The notes under the pieces are model-generated. The model saw only the letters and a list, made by a program, of their open reading frames with translations. It did not search any database and was not told the origin of the DNA. 64,000 nucleotides of DNA, taken from positions 201,438,001-201,502,000 of the forward strand of contig CM097883.1 in the NCBI GenBank assembly GCA_044892505.1, in the 5' to 3' direction. Position 1 is the stretch's first letter. Every line of letters begins with the position of its first letter. This document shows, one piece after another, positions 13,184 through 27,081 of the stretch. Source of the DNA: Schmidtea nova. Taxonomy: Eukaryota. A program made the translations under genes and the position numbers.

Positions 13184-14885
13184 CAGCCGGGTGAAAATTA
13201 ATAGGGACAACCTCATTTTTCTCTATTTTTCTTATGTGGCAATTCTAAGAAACATCTGCGCCGGCTACAGGTACTGGTGTGCGTAGCTATATGAATGACT
13301 AATGGCTGAACGTGTGTGTGCGTCTAAATGCATATATGAGTGCATGTGTGTACGTAGGTGTGTATTAAATCTGTGACTCGAATATGCATATGATTTGCTC
13401 TCAGTGGTAGCCAATCAGCGGAAACTATTTTGTGTAATGAATATGTTTGTTAGACTTTTTATAGCAGTTATTTTTACTTTCAGCATGGATATTACCATCC
13501 ATCAGCAGCAACGGGTTATTACACTCTACACTGATGCCAAGATGTCCCAACGGGCTATCAGTAGACACACTGGGATCAATTTATCTTTCCTCAACCGTAT
13601 TGTAATACTTTAGAAGAGGAATGGAGCCTCAAATTCTGCAAAAAAGGGAAGATGCGGTCGTAAGAGACTGTCAACAGCATCACATGATTGACTTATTTTG
13701 CGCAGCAGCATAAGAAACCCTTGAAACCCTTTAGTGCTGTTGATATCAAATGGGACATTAGAAGCCATTTATCTGTCCATACTATCAGTCGTCGGCTGAA
13801 TGAATGTGAAAAAAGGTCACGGAACCAATTGTCAAGCCAATGTTGACCACAAAAATGAAAAGCACGCGGCTTCAGTGGGCACTCCAACACCGCAACTGGA
13901 CTGAGGAGCAGTGGCGTTCGGTAAGTGTGGTAAATTGTTTTATATAGAAATATGAGAAATAAGGATTTCTTCCCTAATACGTTTTGGAATAGATAATTTT
14001 GTATAAGAAACACTTTTCAATGTTCTTCAGATAATACACTTTAATTAAACAGTGGATAATAAATCAGGATTCCAATGAATTAAACATTATGGTTATTGGT
14101 GTTTCACATTACTTGGATTTGAAAATTTATATTTATTTACATTTGTGTTTCTTCAGGTGATATTCAGTGACGAATCATCCTTCGAAGTACAATTGAGACA
14201 GCCGCGCATTGTCAGACGTGGTTCAGGGTCGATATCCGCTCTACACATGTTTCAACGTGTTGAATACCCACAAAAAGTCATGGTATGGGGTTGCATATCT
14301 ATTCATGGCTTTGGACATGTTCATATTGTTGAGGGAAATATGAACTCTGCGCAATATATGGATGTCAATCAGAGTCGGCTAATATCTCAAGATATTGAAT
14401 GGTTCGGTAGTAATTTTATATTCCAGCAGGATAACACATCGTGCCACACATCAAAAGCCAGCAAGCAATGTTTGACAGAACAGAACATCCGAGTGTTGCC
14501 GTGGCCGGCTAATTCATCTGACATGAGTCCACTTGAGACATTATGGGCTATTATCAAGGCCAAATTACGCACAGTCAGCGTCTTAAGCAAAGCAGAACTC
14601 ATCAACATTCTCTTAAACATTTGCGTACATGACAACGACACAAGTCACCGTCTTCAGGAGACATGTGCGAAATTGATAGATACCATGCCGAAGAAATTCG
14701 AGGCTTTAATAAAGGCTGAAGGTAGCTAAACCAAATTTTAAAAACATTTTATCAATATTATGGTTTCTGCTTTGCGTATTACATGTATTGTGAGTTGGTT
14801 TTAAATCGATTACTACAAGATGTATTTCTTTATTTGGGGGGAAAAGAGAAAAATGAGAGTATCCCTATTAATTTGCACCCAACTG
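13184..14885 (+). mobile_element. Full-length Tc1-like DNA transposon (decayed)
   Basis: TIRs CAGCCGGGTGAAAATTAATAGGGAC (13184-) and ATCCCTATTAATTTGCACCCAACTG (-14885), TA on both sides, transposase inside. Confidence 0.9.
13485..14729 (+). pseudogene. Tc1 DD34E transposase, two exons (13485-13920 broken by stops/frameshifts; 14157-14729)
   Basis: HTH region MDITIHQQQRVITL..SQRAISRHTG; catalytic VIFSDES, VMVWGCI, FQQDN..H, WPANSSDMSPLE with 34 residues between D and E; intron 13921-14156 (GTAAGT..TTCAG). Confidence 0.85.
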
Positions 14886-17800
14886 TACTTGAATTTATCA
14901 AGAATCTGATTAGTTTCTTAGTTGTTTTATTGATATTAATTATTTGGTATTGATTGATTGATGTGTAATTATTCTGTAACTGGTTATAAATTTGAAAAAT
15001 TATCAATTCTATAATGTAGTTATCTTTTAATTCGAATTTATTACATTTTTTGTACAATAACAGTAACTTTATTTGATCTTTCATTGAAAACTTAATCATT
15101 TTGTTATTTTTTACTAAGAAATAATTGTATAAGTGCAAACCTATTTTGTATGATTTTGACCATTGAGTGTTGTTTTTATTAGACAAATAAGGTTTATATG
15201 TTTATTATTGGTAATTTAATTAAAAATATATTTAATTATTTAAGTACTACCTAAATAATTTAATTTAATATTAATTCCAAATTGTAAATTATTTCCTAAA
15301 TTGCCTTTTCAATTGCTTTTCAATCAAATCCAATCACGATGTTTTCACCTTTATTATAAATAAAATTTATTCCAAAACTTCGTTATTAATACACTTAATA
15401 TTGAGTTTGTGAATTAATAGTTTAAATTAAATGAACAAATGTCGTCATGACTACAACTACACAAAAAGCTAAAAACTCGCATTGGGTGAAAAAGTTGTAG
15501 AATAAAAGTTAAATTCTGGACAGTTTTCAGAGCAATTTAACTGGTTAAATAAATTATTNNNNNNNNNNNNNNNNNNNNNNNNNNNNNNNNNNNNNNNNNN
15601 NNNNNNNNNNNNNNNNNNNNNNNNNNNNNNNNNNNNNNNNNNNNNNNNNNNNNNNNNNNNNNNNNNNNNNNNNNNNNNNNNNNNNNNNNNNNNNNNNNNN
15701 NNNNNNNNNNNNNNNAAACAGTGGCAATTGTTTTTTAAAAAATTGACAAATATATTTATCTCATTTTAATAACTAAAATTAATTGTTAGTCAATAAGTTA
15801 GATAAAAATAATAATTATTAATAATAATCATAGAACCTTTCTATTATTTTGGTCTCCGATAATTCTTTCATCGTTGTTTACACTATAATTGTCACCTTCG
15901 TGGTTGTATCTATTTCTCACATCGATCAACGGCACTGCAGCATCATCAGTTTGGCTAAAAACGGTCTCAGGTGGTGAAGATTTCTGTGTAAGTCCATTAA
16001 TGTTTATTAAAGGCGAAGAAAACATTTACTGAAGAATATTAAAAGAATCTATTTTGAAATATTGATTAACGAAATAAAAACAACCAATGGGAAACGAGTT
16101 AGAATAAATTATTATCTAATGGATATTTAACAATAAAATGTTGTTAAACATTTACGAGAATCCTTTAATTATATTTTCCTATTTTATTTAATAGAGAAAT
16201 ATTGCTCGTAAATTTTTTATTATTTTATAACATGGAAAAGCAAATTAGAACTTCAAATTATTGTTATTATTAGCATTATTATTATTATTTAAAATTTTAT
16301 TGTTTGTTTTAATATATTAAATAATTAAAAAATGGAATGCCTTTTCTCCAATGCTTATATCAATGACAAATTTAGATTTGTTAACTATCCCGACCACTCC
16401 AATACAAAATTCTTTCCTATTTATTTTTGATTTCTTGCTTTATTTCATTTCAGTTAATTGTAATATAGTTTTAGTTTTTCTAAAATTAAATAATTAATTT
16501 AATAATTAATAAAATAAGTTATTAGCAATACCAAAACACATAACAAAAACAACAAAAACATACAAAGATTATGTAATAATTTTATATTTACGTTACAGTA
16601 ATATTTGACACTGAACTATGATAATTAATATAGTATTTCAATAATAGAAAACTCAATAAATTAACTTGATAAAAATAAATCTCAAGTGAGTGTTGTTTTT
16701 GTAAATAAAATTAACAGTTTGTTTATATTCGAATTTAATATAAGGGAAGATAATTGACAAAACTAACTATAAAAGTAGAATTTGTTTTTGTATATATAAC
16801 AGAGAAATTTGCTTTTTATTTTGTTATTTAGAAATTATTTAGAAAGCTGTTATATTTTGAGAAATTTGTATTTTCTCAATTATCCAAGGATTTGTTAAAA
16901 AATATTAAAATTTCAATTTTTTTAAAACATGAACCAAAACCTCAAATATCTAAACACATAAAAACCCTTAAATAGTCAAACTATTAATTATCATTTTTTG
17001 GTTTTTCTTAAGTTGCTTTTTAATTTTAACACACATTTACTCTAATGAATACAAATTTTCATCAAAGTCTAATCATATTTCGTTGATTTAACCCTTTCAA
17101 TACGATTTTTTTATTTTAATAATTCATGTAGTATTTATAGCACAAAATATTTATTGCTAATTTATTTTGACGGGAAATAAAAAAACTCATAAAAGCTATT
17201 GCTGCACACTAAATAAGTAAAATAAAATTATAAATAGTTTACTTGGCAATTCCGAGCCCAACACATATAAAAACACAGTTAGTAATTATTAGAAATTCTC
17301 TGGGACAATATGTCCCTTCAGTATTGAAAGGGTAAAACACATTTACCACATAAATGCAATTCAGATCTGTTTAATTTAAAGCATTACAAGAGATCAAGAC
17401 AATAAAACGTGACTGATTTCAGTGATTCTTTTATCGTGCTATCATACTTGTTATATTTGGGATTCTCCCGCAAAAGTAAGTATAAATGTCGTCAGTAAGA
17501 ACAAGCGAATGATTTGGCACAAGCCATTTATACCTAAACTGTGTCGTAATTACGTTATGCTACACAGTGGGATTCCTGAATAAATATTTAATGTAACATA
17601 GTACTGTATTTATTGTGTAATATTTCATATATTACGTAATCATTATAATACTCTATACCTTCTATATTTTTTTCAAACTATGTAATTCATAATGTAATAT
17701 TTTATACATTACACAATATTTTAAATATTACGCAATTGATTTTGTAATACTGAAATGTTTTAATTTTAATTTTCTTTTATTTAATTTTTCAATATGTTTT

Positions 17801-18193
17801 CAAAAAAATTTAAATTTATTACTTTTTTCAAAACATTTTCAAAAATGCTCTGAAATCAAAAATTTTATACCAATCTGCTGCGGATTGAATGAGGAACAAA
17901 AAAGGGTCATGAAACAAAAACATAAAAAATATTTCTTTGTCGAACAAAAAATTTGCTCAGAATTCAATAATTTTTATACGCATCTACTGAGAATCGAAAG
18001 ACGATCAAAAAAGGTAAAAAGGTAAAATCATTATTCCCATCCGATAGAATTTTAAACTTAAAAACCTTACTCCGGGAATTTTTAAAAATGCTCAGAGTTC
18101 AATAATTTTTATGCAAAAATAGTCACAATTGAACAATAAAAAACAATAAAAACAATAAAAAATTTTAAACTCAACTGAATAAAACACAACAAT

Positions 18194-19700
18194 TTAAAGT
18201 AAATCTTTATTCATTAAAACATCGGCAAATTCATCATTGGCTTCATTCGCTTCAAAATCACACACCCCCATTACCACATCAATTCCATTATAATGACCAT
18301 AAGCAAGACTCTCATTTTTAAATATCCAAAATCTTTTATCATCAAGGTTAGTCAAAGCAATTTTACAAGATTTATTAGTAGAGTTGGTGATCAACAGAAA
18401 CTATTGAATTATTATTATAACAATCTAGGTACGATTGATGTTTCAGGTAGAACCCTTTAATGTTATACCCTTAACTTTATTGCTCTCTTTCCATCTAAAA
18501 GACTATAACATTTGGCCTAAGAAAAACCTTCTCCTTATACTTGAGTCCTTTATTCTCGTCTTTGAATTTTCAAATGACAAAATCTAGGTTTATCGAGTTC
18601 AATGAATGATTTGGGTTATAATTCTAGGTATCTAATAACCTATCCATAACCATAGCCGATAAAAGAAGATTCAACTTACAATTCTTAACCTCCAAGAAAA
18701 TAGAGTCAGTACCACCAGCAAGTATATTAATCTCACAGTTGAATTCATTACGATATCGTTGTTATTTTTCATACTGGAGTTGTTACATTCTAAGTTTAGG
18801 TAGATCCAATACAGTTTGAATAATGTAGCTGGGTCTATCTAAACACACAGAGTCCTTATTAAAAACACCAAAATTAAGTCGTTATCAATCTTACATGTTT
18901 TTCTAAAAGTAGGTTTGGATGTACATGTAATCAGTTTTGACGCTGAGTTGCATAACCTTAAATTAAATCTTATTTAATGTTTTCAACAGTCTTTCAGTAC
19001 AGACTATAATTTAATAATTTAATAATAATAATAATAATAATAATAATTAATAATAATAGCAACAGCCGTAGAAGAAGCCGTCCGAAGTTGAGTGTTTGTG
19101 TCTTTTTAATTTTTTTAAATCGGTTTCTGTTTGTATTGACCTTCTCGATGAACTCATGTTATTTTAACACCTAAAGAAAAAATAGGCTTGAAAAGCCCCT
19201 AATGAAAAACATATTTCAACTTGGGAGAATGCGTAAGCATCAGCTTCTCAACTTTTGAACACGGAGTACATATCCTTTTTGCTGCAACGGGGAAATCATT
19301 TTTTATCGTAAATTTTTAAAGGAATATCTAGATCCACTTCAAAAATCACAACATAAGTTAAAATAGGCATTCATTAAATTTATTATTTATTTAATTTATT
19401 TTATTCTGTGATCCATTCAAAATTACCATAACATAATATTTGGCTAATAGCCCACCCGTATAAATTATTAATATCAATATATAAAAGCTCAGTCGTTTCG
19501 GAGGTGCTTATTGACAAATGTCAAACCACTACGTATCTCCCTTCGAAAAAATTATAAATCTTCATATCCTGGAGCAACTCAATAGGTCCATCCAAGATAA
19601 TAAGCATTAGAAGCCCGCGACATACCTCAAATTGCCAAATAATTTAAAGGCTCAAGTCGATTGTGAGCTATAGACTTTGCATTTAACTGATGAAAGAAAT
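18194..19700 (-). pseudogene. Second, more decayed copy of a Polinton-type protein-primed DNA polymerase B (3' half)
   Basis: Collinear nucleotide similarity to 32484-34000 (e.g. 18830-18895 vs 33170-33230; 19440-19690 vs 33740-34000) and C-terminal KIALTNLDDKR..LAYGH motif. Confidence 0.7.
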
Positions 19701-20712
19701 TGACAAGAAGAAAGGCATAAAAGTAGGTAGATGTTTGGAACCGGGAACCAAGACATTATGACTCATTGCGTGGGCGGACCAATAAAGAACAAAGCCCCGT
19801 AGGGTTAGAAATTTTTTTTTATGAATCATCAATGACTCATATTTTTTTTCTAAAAATTTTCTTTTTTTTTAAATTTTTTTAAAATTTATTTTTTTAATCT
19901 TTTACTTTCGAAAAATTTTCTGTCTTTATTTAAACTTTTTTTAATTGTTTATTTTTTTATATTTTTTTATTTTATTTTTTATTTTCGAAAAATTTTCTCT
20001 TATTTTAAAAATTTTTTTTACCAAAAGATGACTTATCGATGACTCATCCAAAATTTTTACGACTCATCGAAAAATAAGCAATTTTTAAAAACCTTTTCAA
20101 TTTTGATTATTTAAAAATTTTTTGGTTTTTATGACTCATCGATGACTTTTTCGATGATTTTTTGAGAAATTATTTTTTAAAAATGTTTAAAAAGTTTAAA
20201 TTTATGACTCGTCGATGACTCATCATATTCACATCTCATACTTATGACTCATCGATGATGCATTGGTGACTCGTTTCAAATTTGAACTTTATGACGACAT
20301 CGATTACTCATTTCAAATTGGAATAAATTTTTAAAAAGTACTAGTATCAAGGTCAAATTTGATATCATTCGAACCGCCTTTGCTATACGAACACGATGGT
20401 ATTATTTTTGAAAAGGGTTGATCGAAAAAATAAAATTTTGTATTAAAAATTAAAGATTTTTAAATTTTAAAGTATCAAGGTCAAATTTGGTAGCATTCGA
20501 ACCGCCTTCGCTATATGATCACGATGCTATGATTGAAATATAATTTCATACTCTTTTAAACAACGGTATAATTAAGAAAGACATTTCATTGCCAAAATAA
20601 CTAAACAAAGACATTGCAATCCATGTGCATTATTAACAAAGACATTGCAATGCAGATGCAAGTTAACAAAGACATTTATAATAATAAATACAAAGAATAA
20701 ATATTAAAATTT

Positions 20713-20767
<55 letters not shown>

Positions 20768-23591
20768 GCTACGTGTACGAAATTTCAAATCAAAATTATT
20801 CATATCAAAATTATTCATAGGTATATTATTCTTAGGAATATTCGATATTTTCTATAACCTTATCGAAGTTGATAATATCAAGATCACTATTAATATCAAT
20901 AAACTTATATAATGTAATACTAATGCTGTTTTTTCGTTTTCAATTTGAACTGTTTTATTTTGACATCTGATTTGTTCATAGTGTTTTTTTATTAAATGTT
21001 TGATTCTGACATTTTTCTTTCATAGATTTTGGTAATGATTTTTTCAATTTCATTCTTAATCAAATCATTTTTGAAGGACACTGATTACATTGTAATCTTA
21101 TTTGGCTGCATTAAATGTTTAAGTAAACACATATTTCATTGTAACTCGTACAAGTGCTATCTTCTCTTCTAAATGGGTTGATTGGCAAGCTTTCAAAACT
21201 TGTTCTTCTTCAATAGTGTGCACACATAATAATAATATTATGATAAGTTTCATTTTAAATAAAAACTAAAATTGATAATACTAAAATTTGTTAAATTACA
21301 TTTATAACATTTATAAAAAATCATTTATGCATATCGTGTATTGTCAATTCTCCAAATTTGAGTAATGACTTCATATTTATCTATCTTATATCTTTGAATA
21401 ATTGTCGTAATGAACCAGTGTTCTTGATCCCTGTAATCAATATTTTGAAAAGCATCATAGAAACGAGTTTTTCTGTTGCTGATGTACATTGTGTCTTTAC
21501 AAATTAAATTGATGTTGATTTTGTCGAAAACTTTATTTATTGACATAACATCTTCTTTATCAATAATTATAGCTAGACTATCATACAGTGATTTTGATAA
21601 TTTTACTAGGAAAGACAAACGAAATGGTATTTCTTGAACCAAAAACTAAATTCTGCTATCGTAATACATCTGGACAGGTTGTACTTATGTCGGAAATATT
21701 CTTTCTTCATTGATATCATTATTTTATTTACGTGATAGCTTTTTATAAATTGTGACACCATCTTAAAAATATCTTGGTATTTATAGTGATGACTGTATGT
21801 CTTTGTTCAGTCAGATTCATGCATTCGTATTGCACATGTTATACGTGTACACGTAAATTGTTATGTCTTTATTGTATACGTGTGTTTAGTTGTTGTTGTA
21901 TATGTTTTTATTTATTTATATATTTGATGATAATTTTTTAAAAATTCTTTATTCCTATTTAAAACTTATTAAATAAAATATTTCTTAATAAAAAATAACT
22001 TAAAGTTAAATAAAATCACATGTTAAATAAAAGCGAACGCTCAAATCTAAAACATTTATTAAATAAAATGAGGAAACTAAAATGACATTAAACTAAAATA
22101 GATAACATTAAAACCTATTTATCATATACATTAATGTTTATTGTTCTTCTTCTTGTTTTTCTTCTTTTTCAACAACTCTATGACATTCGTCACAATCAGG
22201 AGATTCTGGAGACTCATCGCATAATGGTTTTTCATTCGATTGATCCATCGATATCCACTTGATATGTATGGATTTGGCGACTCGATAATTAAATTTGGCC
22301 AAGATTCTTTTTGTTGATCATTCTCCTCCTCACCCTTTTCCAATTGTGTTGCTTCATATTTTTTGAGGGTATTTCGGACGACACAAACATGGAATTTGAG
22401 GATCCTGTTCACACAATGTCCGCATTGGTATGCACAGAGAATGATATTCCCAGATGGTTCAGCAAGATCTGTACAGATCTTTCCCCGTCAGCACTTGAAT
22501 TTTATAAGGGAACAGCTTTGGTGCTTTTTATGTTTATGGAGGTTTATTTTATGTTTGATTGTGGCCGTTTGTGACAGTTTGATTTTGAATGATTGTTAGT
22601 AAACGATTGTTTTATATCAGGAAGATCTTGAAGAGTCCAAGAGAGTCGCCTATTAATTGTTGGGACACTCGGGATGCGTGCTTATATTTGCGTGCCTGTT
22701 TTACTACAATTCGTTACCAGATTAAAATAAGAAAATATATAAATAAGAAATATTACAATAAAATTTTATTATGATAATATACAAAACCACGAAAAGTTAC
22801 TTGTAATTAAAAGTTTATTTTCAAGATAGTTTGGCAAGATTTGGCAAAAAGAAGTTCTACTCTATTTCTTTTTCTCTTGTTAATATTTCTCGATTTATTT
22901 GGCTTTCTACTCTTTTTTCCTTTTCGTAACCAGATCTCTATTCTAGCAATATCAACAGCTTTCGTCCGTCAAACTGTATTAATTGTATTAATTTTTCCCG
23001 TTTAGTTTAATTTTTCTTTCGTTTTCCTTTAGTTTAATTTTTTTCAGTTCTTGAGCTTGTAAATAAATTTTATTATTTTTATATCAATTTTTCTAATTAT
23101 CAATTTGGCTTACTATAGCATTTGCTATAGCAAGCCAAATTCGAATTTCAAACTATAAATATTTATTTAAAATAATAATAATTATAATAATAAACATAAC
23201 TTTCAATCGCCCAGTACACTAATAATTGGGGGGGGGGTACAATCCCGTTTGCCGGTAACGATATAAAAAATGCAAGTGATATTAAAAATAAATAATAACA
23301 ACTAGATAAAAAATTTCACAACTCATCATATTCGCCAGATGGTTCAGCAAGATCTGTACACATCTATCCCCGTCATCACTTGAATTTTATAAGGGAACAG
23401 CTTTGGTGCTGTATATGTTACAGTTGGCATGAGTTTCGAGTAGATCTCCTTCAGCTTCGCGAAGAGAACAACCATCAGTTTTTCTTAAAAATAAATATAC
23501 TAAAATTGTAAAATAATAAGTATAATCCTTACCACTTTTCATCATAATTTGTTTTAGACACATTGCAGATATAAATAATGATATAATGTTC

Positions 23592-23672
<81 letters not shown>

Positions 23673-24356
23673 GAAACACACATTATGTACAAAATAATAC
23701 ACATCGAACCAATCAGATTCAAGCATGCACAACATGTCTTTATTCTCGAAATACATACTCGACCAATCAGAATCGTGCATTTCCATGCATCTATATTCCA
23801 ATCATGAGTCACATGTTAGTTATAATATCAACAAAGGCTTTATCTTCAATAATTGATTTTATATCGTTTTTATCAATTTTATATTATCAACTATATTTGA
23901 ATAGTCTTTTTTAATCGTAATATAACTAATTTACCACTTGCAAATAAATTAACACACATTGGATTATATTTGATATATCTCAAAGCTGGAAATAATTCTG
24001 TCTCGTAAACACATTCTATTAATTTAGATAAATCATTTAAATTAAAAAGATAATTAAAGTGTTAGAACAGATTTTTTCAACAAGGAAGGATTCATGGTTT
24101 ATAAACAATGTTAAATCGATTTATGTGACTAATAATGTTAATGAAATCTCAAATAAAGTTTGAGCGATTGAGAAAGTCTAGAAAAACAATGAAAATAGGT
24201 AAGAAAGCGGGTAAGAAATTGAGAAAGAAATCCGTTTCAAAATTTGTTTTAAAAACCAGTTATACAATATCGAAAAAATTATTTATGGATAATATTCCAA
24301 AGAGTAATTAAATTCCAAGTATTTTGAAATCTAATCCTTAACAAATAGATCTTCAG

Positions 24357-24690
24357 AATTTTCCATTTTTTAATGCATTGCTTAAAACCCCAAGTGTTAG
24401 AAAAATAAGTATTTTGCAATCGTTTTCTAATTACGTCATTGACGATTTACTGGCTATTTTAATTAGAAGTTAACCCTTGGTCGTTAGAGGTAAAATGAAT
24501 CTAAGTCCATCTAATCGACGGGTTTTGAACAAACATAAAAAAACAAATGTTATCACTTGTAAAAACAAAAAATCTAAAACTTATGCGCAAAATAATATAT
24601 AAACAACAAGGAAGATTTATCGCAGCATTGTTACCACTAGCTTTATCATTACTGGGAGGGGCTGGTTTATTAGGAAAAAGGTCATAAACA
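24357..24690 (+). pseudogene. Polinton small basic core-protein-like gene (pX/PZ-type), decayed
   Basis: Basic region ending QQGRFIAALLPLALSLLGGAG, resembling the QxGGFLxxLL adenoviral-protease cleavage motif; lies directly upstream of a Polinton integrase. Confidence 0.45.
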
Positions 24691-24749
24691 ATGGGTCAAT
24701 CAATTCCTAAACTAAATTTAAACTTTAAATCTTCTTGTTGTAATGGAGA

Positions 24750-25156
24750 AGATCTGGACGAACCCAAAAGACGACGCTAGTTTCGGTGGAGTCCAAAAGC
24801 TAAGTAAAAAAGTACAGAAGTCTAAACAACAGACACAAAGCTGGTTATCGAGGTAACTTGCATACAGTCTAAACAAACCAATGCTGAAACGGTTTCCAAC
24901 TTGAGCATATAAAACGTATAGAATCAATGATTTGTGGCTGATGTATCTGATGGAAATGATTCAATATTCAACAATTAACAAGGGATACAAGTATATCTTA
25001 ACTTGTATTGATGTTTACAGTCGTTTTGCTCGGGCAGCCGCAGTAAAATCTAAATCTGCTAATGGCATGGTTGTTGCAATCAAAGCAATGATGAAAAAGG
25101 ATCGTCCAACTAATTTAAAACCGATTTGGGTAAGTTTAAATAGAAATTTATAAATG

Positions 25157-25192
<36 letters not shown>

Positions 25193-25600
25193 AAGAATTT
25201 TACAACAGTTAAGTCAAGGAATTTCTAAAGGAAATCAATCATTATTCGGTATACTCTCAATTCAAAGCAGCTCATGTCGACAGATTTGATTGAAAAAATA
25301 CTTTGTTCACAAAGGTAATAAAACATGGATTAACGTTTTACCACAAATGATTCACAGTTATAATAATTCTGCTCATCGGGGTATAAATAGAAAGAAATCC
25401 GCTGAATTAGTTGACACTGAAAATACTTTGAGTTATACGAAAATAAAGAAACCAAAATATAAAATTGGTGATCATGTTCGAATTAGTAAAATTAGTGCAT
25501 CGCCATTCATTAAAAATTTGATAGTAATTGGAGCGAGGAGGTACATAAAATATCAAAAGTCAACACAGTCCAGAATCCTGTCATGTATACTAAGGTGTCC
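24750..25600 (+). pseudogene. Polinton/Maverick retroviral-like (rve) integrase, decayed, with a 60-nt intron
   Basis: NKGYKYILTCIDVYSRFARA, TDLG|KEFYN, HYSVYSQFKAAHVDRF, WINVLPQMIHSYNNSAHRGI, KPKYKIGDHVRISK. Confidence 0.8.
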
Positions 25601-25873
25601 CACAAAATATGCAAAGTTAACATTTTCTGGGTCTCACCAACAAAAATGTTTCTCTGTGGTGGTTACAGAAAAAATTTCATAATTAAAAAGAAATATTTAG
25701 GGGTCCCCCAGACATGTAAAATCTTGTATTTTATTTCACTTATCATTTCTCCTCCAGCTGATAACTACAATAAATTATTTCAAACCTACTCTCTGAACAC
25801 AATTATGCAGTATTTACTATTTAGTGTATTTACTGAACTAATAAAAATACAATTGCTTGGAAATCTTTATTAG

Positions 25874-27005
25874 TAGGAACATCAATGTCGTCATATGCCA
25901 GAATTGCCAGTATGCTGAGTATGCCCATTGCCTAAATCATGCACTTCTAGTATTCTTTTTAACTGTTCAATTATCAGTGGCAATCTGTACTAGCAGTATA
26001 ATATTGCTAGTTGGTTAATTGGAAGACTGGAAGTATTTTAATTTGTAATTATTTTAATATTTGTTGCCGGATTGCTGCATTTACTGCGAGACTGCTGTCA
26101 CATGTCTGTTTACTGTGTCCAACTGTCCATTTTCTAAAGTCTGGTATTGTGACATTACGTATAATTTATGTGACAAATATGTATTTTTACAGTATATGTC
26201 AGTAATTTTGATTAAACTATGACTGCACTAAGTGTGCCTTTTGAACATACTAGAAGTAAAGATACAGTTTGGCTCATAGGATATCTTCTTGAATCAATCA
26301 ATGGTGCACATCTGCCGTCTGGTCGTGACATTATGAGAAACTTTGTCTTCTACTAACGATCTCAAAAACTGGCAATGAACGTTAGTGCCCAAGAAGTGTT
26401 TGCTCAGGTGATGCCGTTTTGGGAGAAATCGAGAATTCCAACAATACAGAAACATCACGTTTTGCAGAAAGTCAAACAGTTGCATGACAATTATTCAGGG
26501 CTTATGAAGCACCGCAGCAGAAGCAACGCCACGGGCAAACTGAACTAACACAAGTACACTAAGAAGCTCAATTTACTATTTGACATCAGTCATGTTAGAG
26601 CAGAGGAGATGATTAAGAATGATGAAGACAGAGAATTTCTAAGACTGCAATGAATAGCACGCGTTGGATTGATCGCATTAGTTAACAGACAGCCTGCAGC
26701 CAAAGAGAGGCGATAAGTTGAACGTCGTGAGAGATTGTCACAGCGTATGCATACCCACTGCATCGCCGCATCAGCGAAAGTCACATCAGTTGACGATTGT
26801 GCTTCCAATCAAGCAGATAGTAGCACTGATGGAGATAAGACAGATGATGAGCCTGACTTTATGAGTACATCAGTTGCAATAAACGTTGAATCTAAACAAC
26901 AGCCTATCATAACTCCAATAGTTTCCGCAGTATTGGATAGAACCAATACTAGCATTCGGAAGTCAGCAATGATTCTTGCATCTGTTGTCAATGAGGCAGG
27001 TTCAT
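25874..27005 (+). mobile_element. Truncated DNA transposon (transposase N-terminus, family not assigned) inserted in the Polinton
   Basis: Manual translation IGYLLESINGAHLPSGRDIMRNF..VMPFWEKSRIPTIQ..LLFDISHVRAEEMIKNDEDREFL resembles invertebrate cut-and-paste transposase N-termini; boundaries approximate. Confidence 0.45.
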
Positions 27006-27081
27006 AAGTAATAATATAAAAATTGAAGGTGGAAACAATACATATACACACAAGGCAATTATCGAAAATATTTTAAATTAT

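Noticed and set aside
15828-16025. 65-aa minus-strand ORF as possible first exon of the channel gene
   Set aside because: Low-complexity sequence with no motif and a weak donor; needs transcript data.
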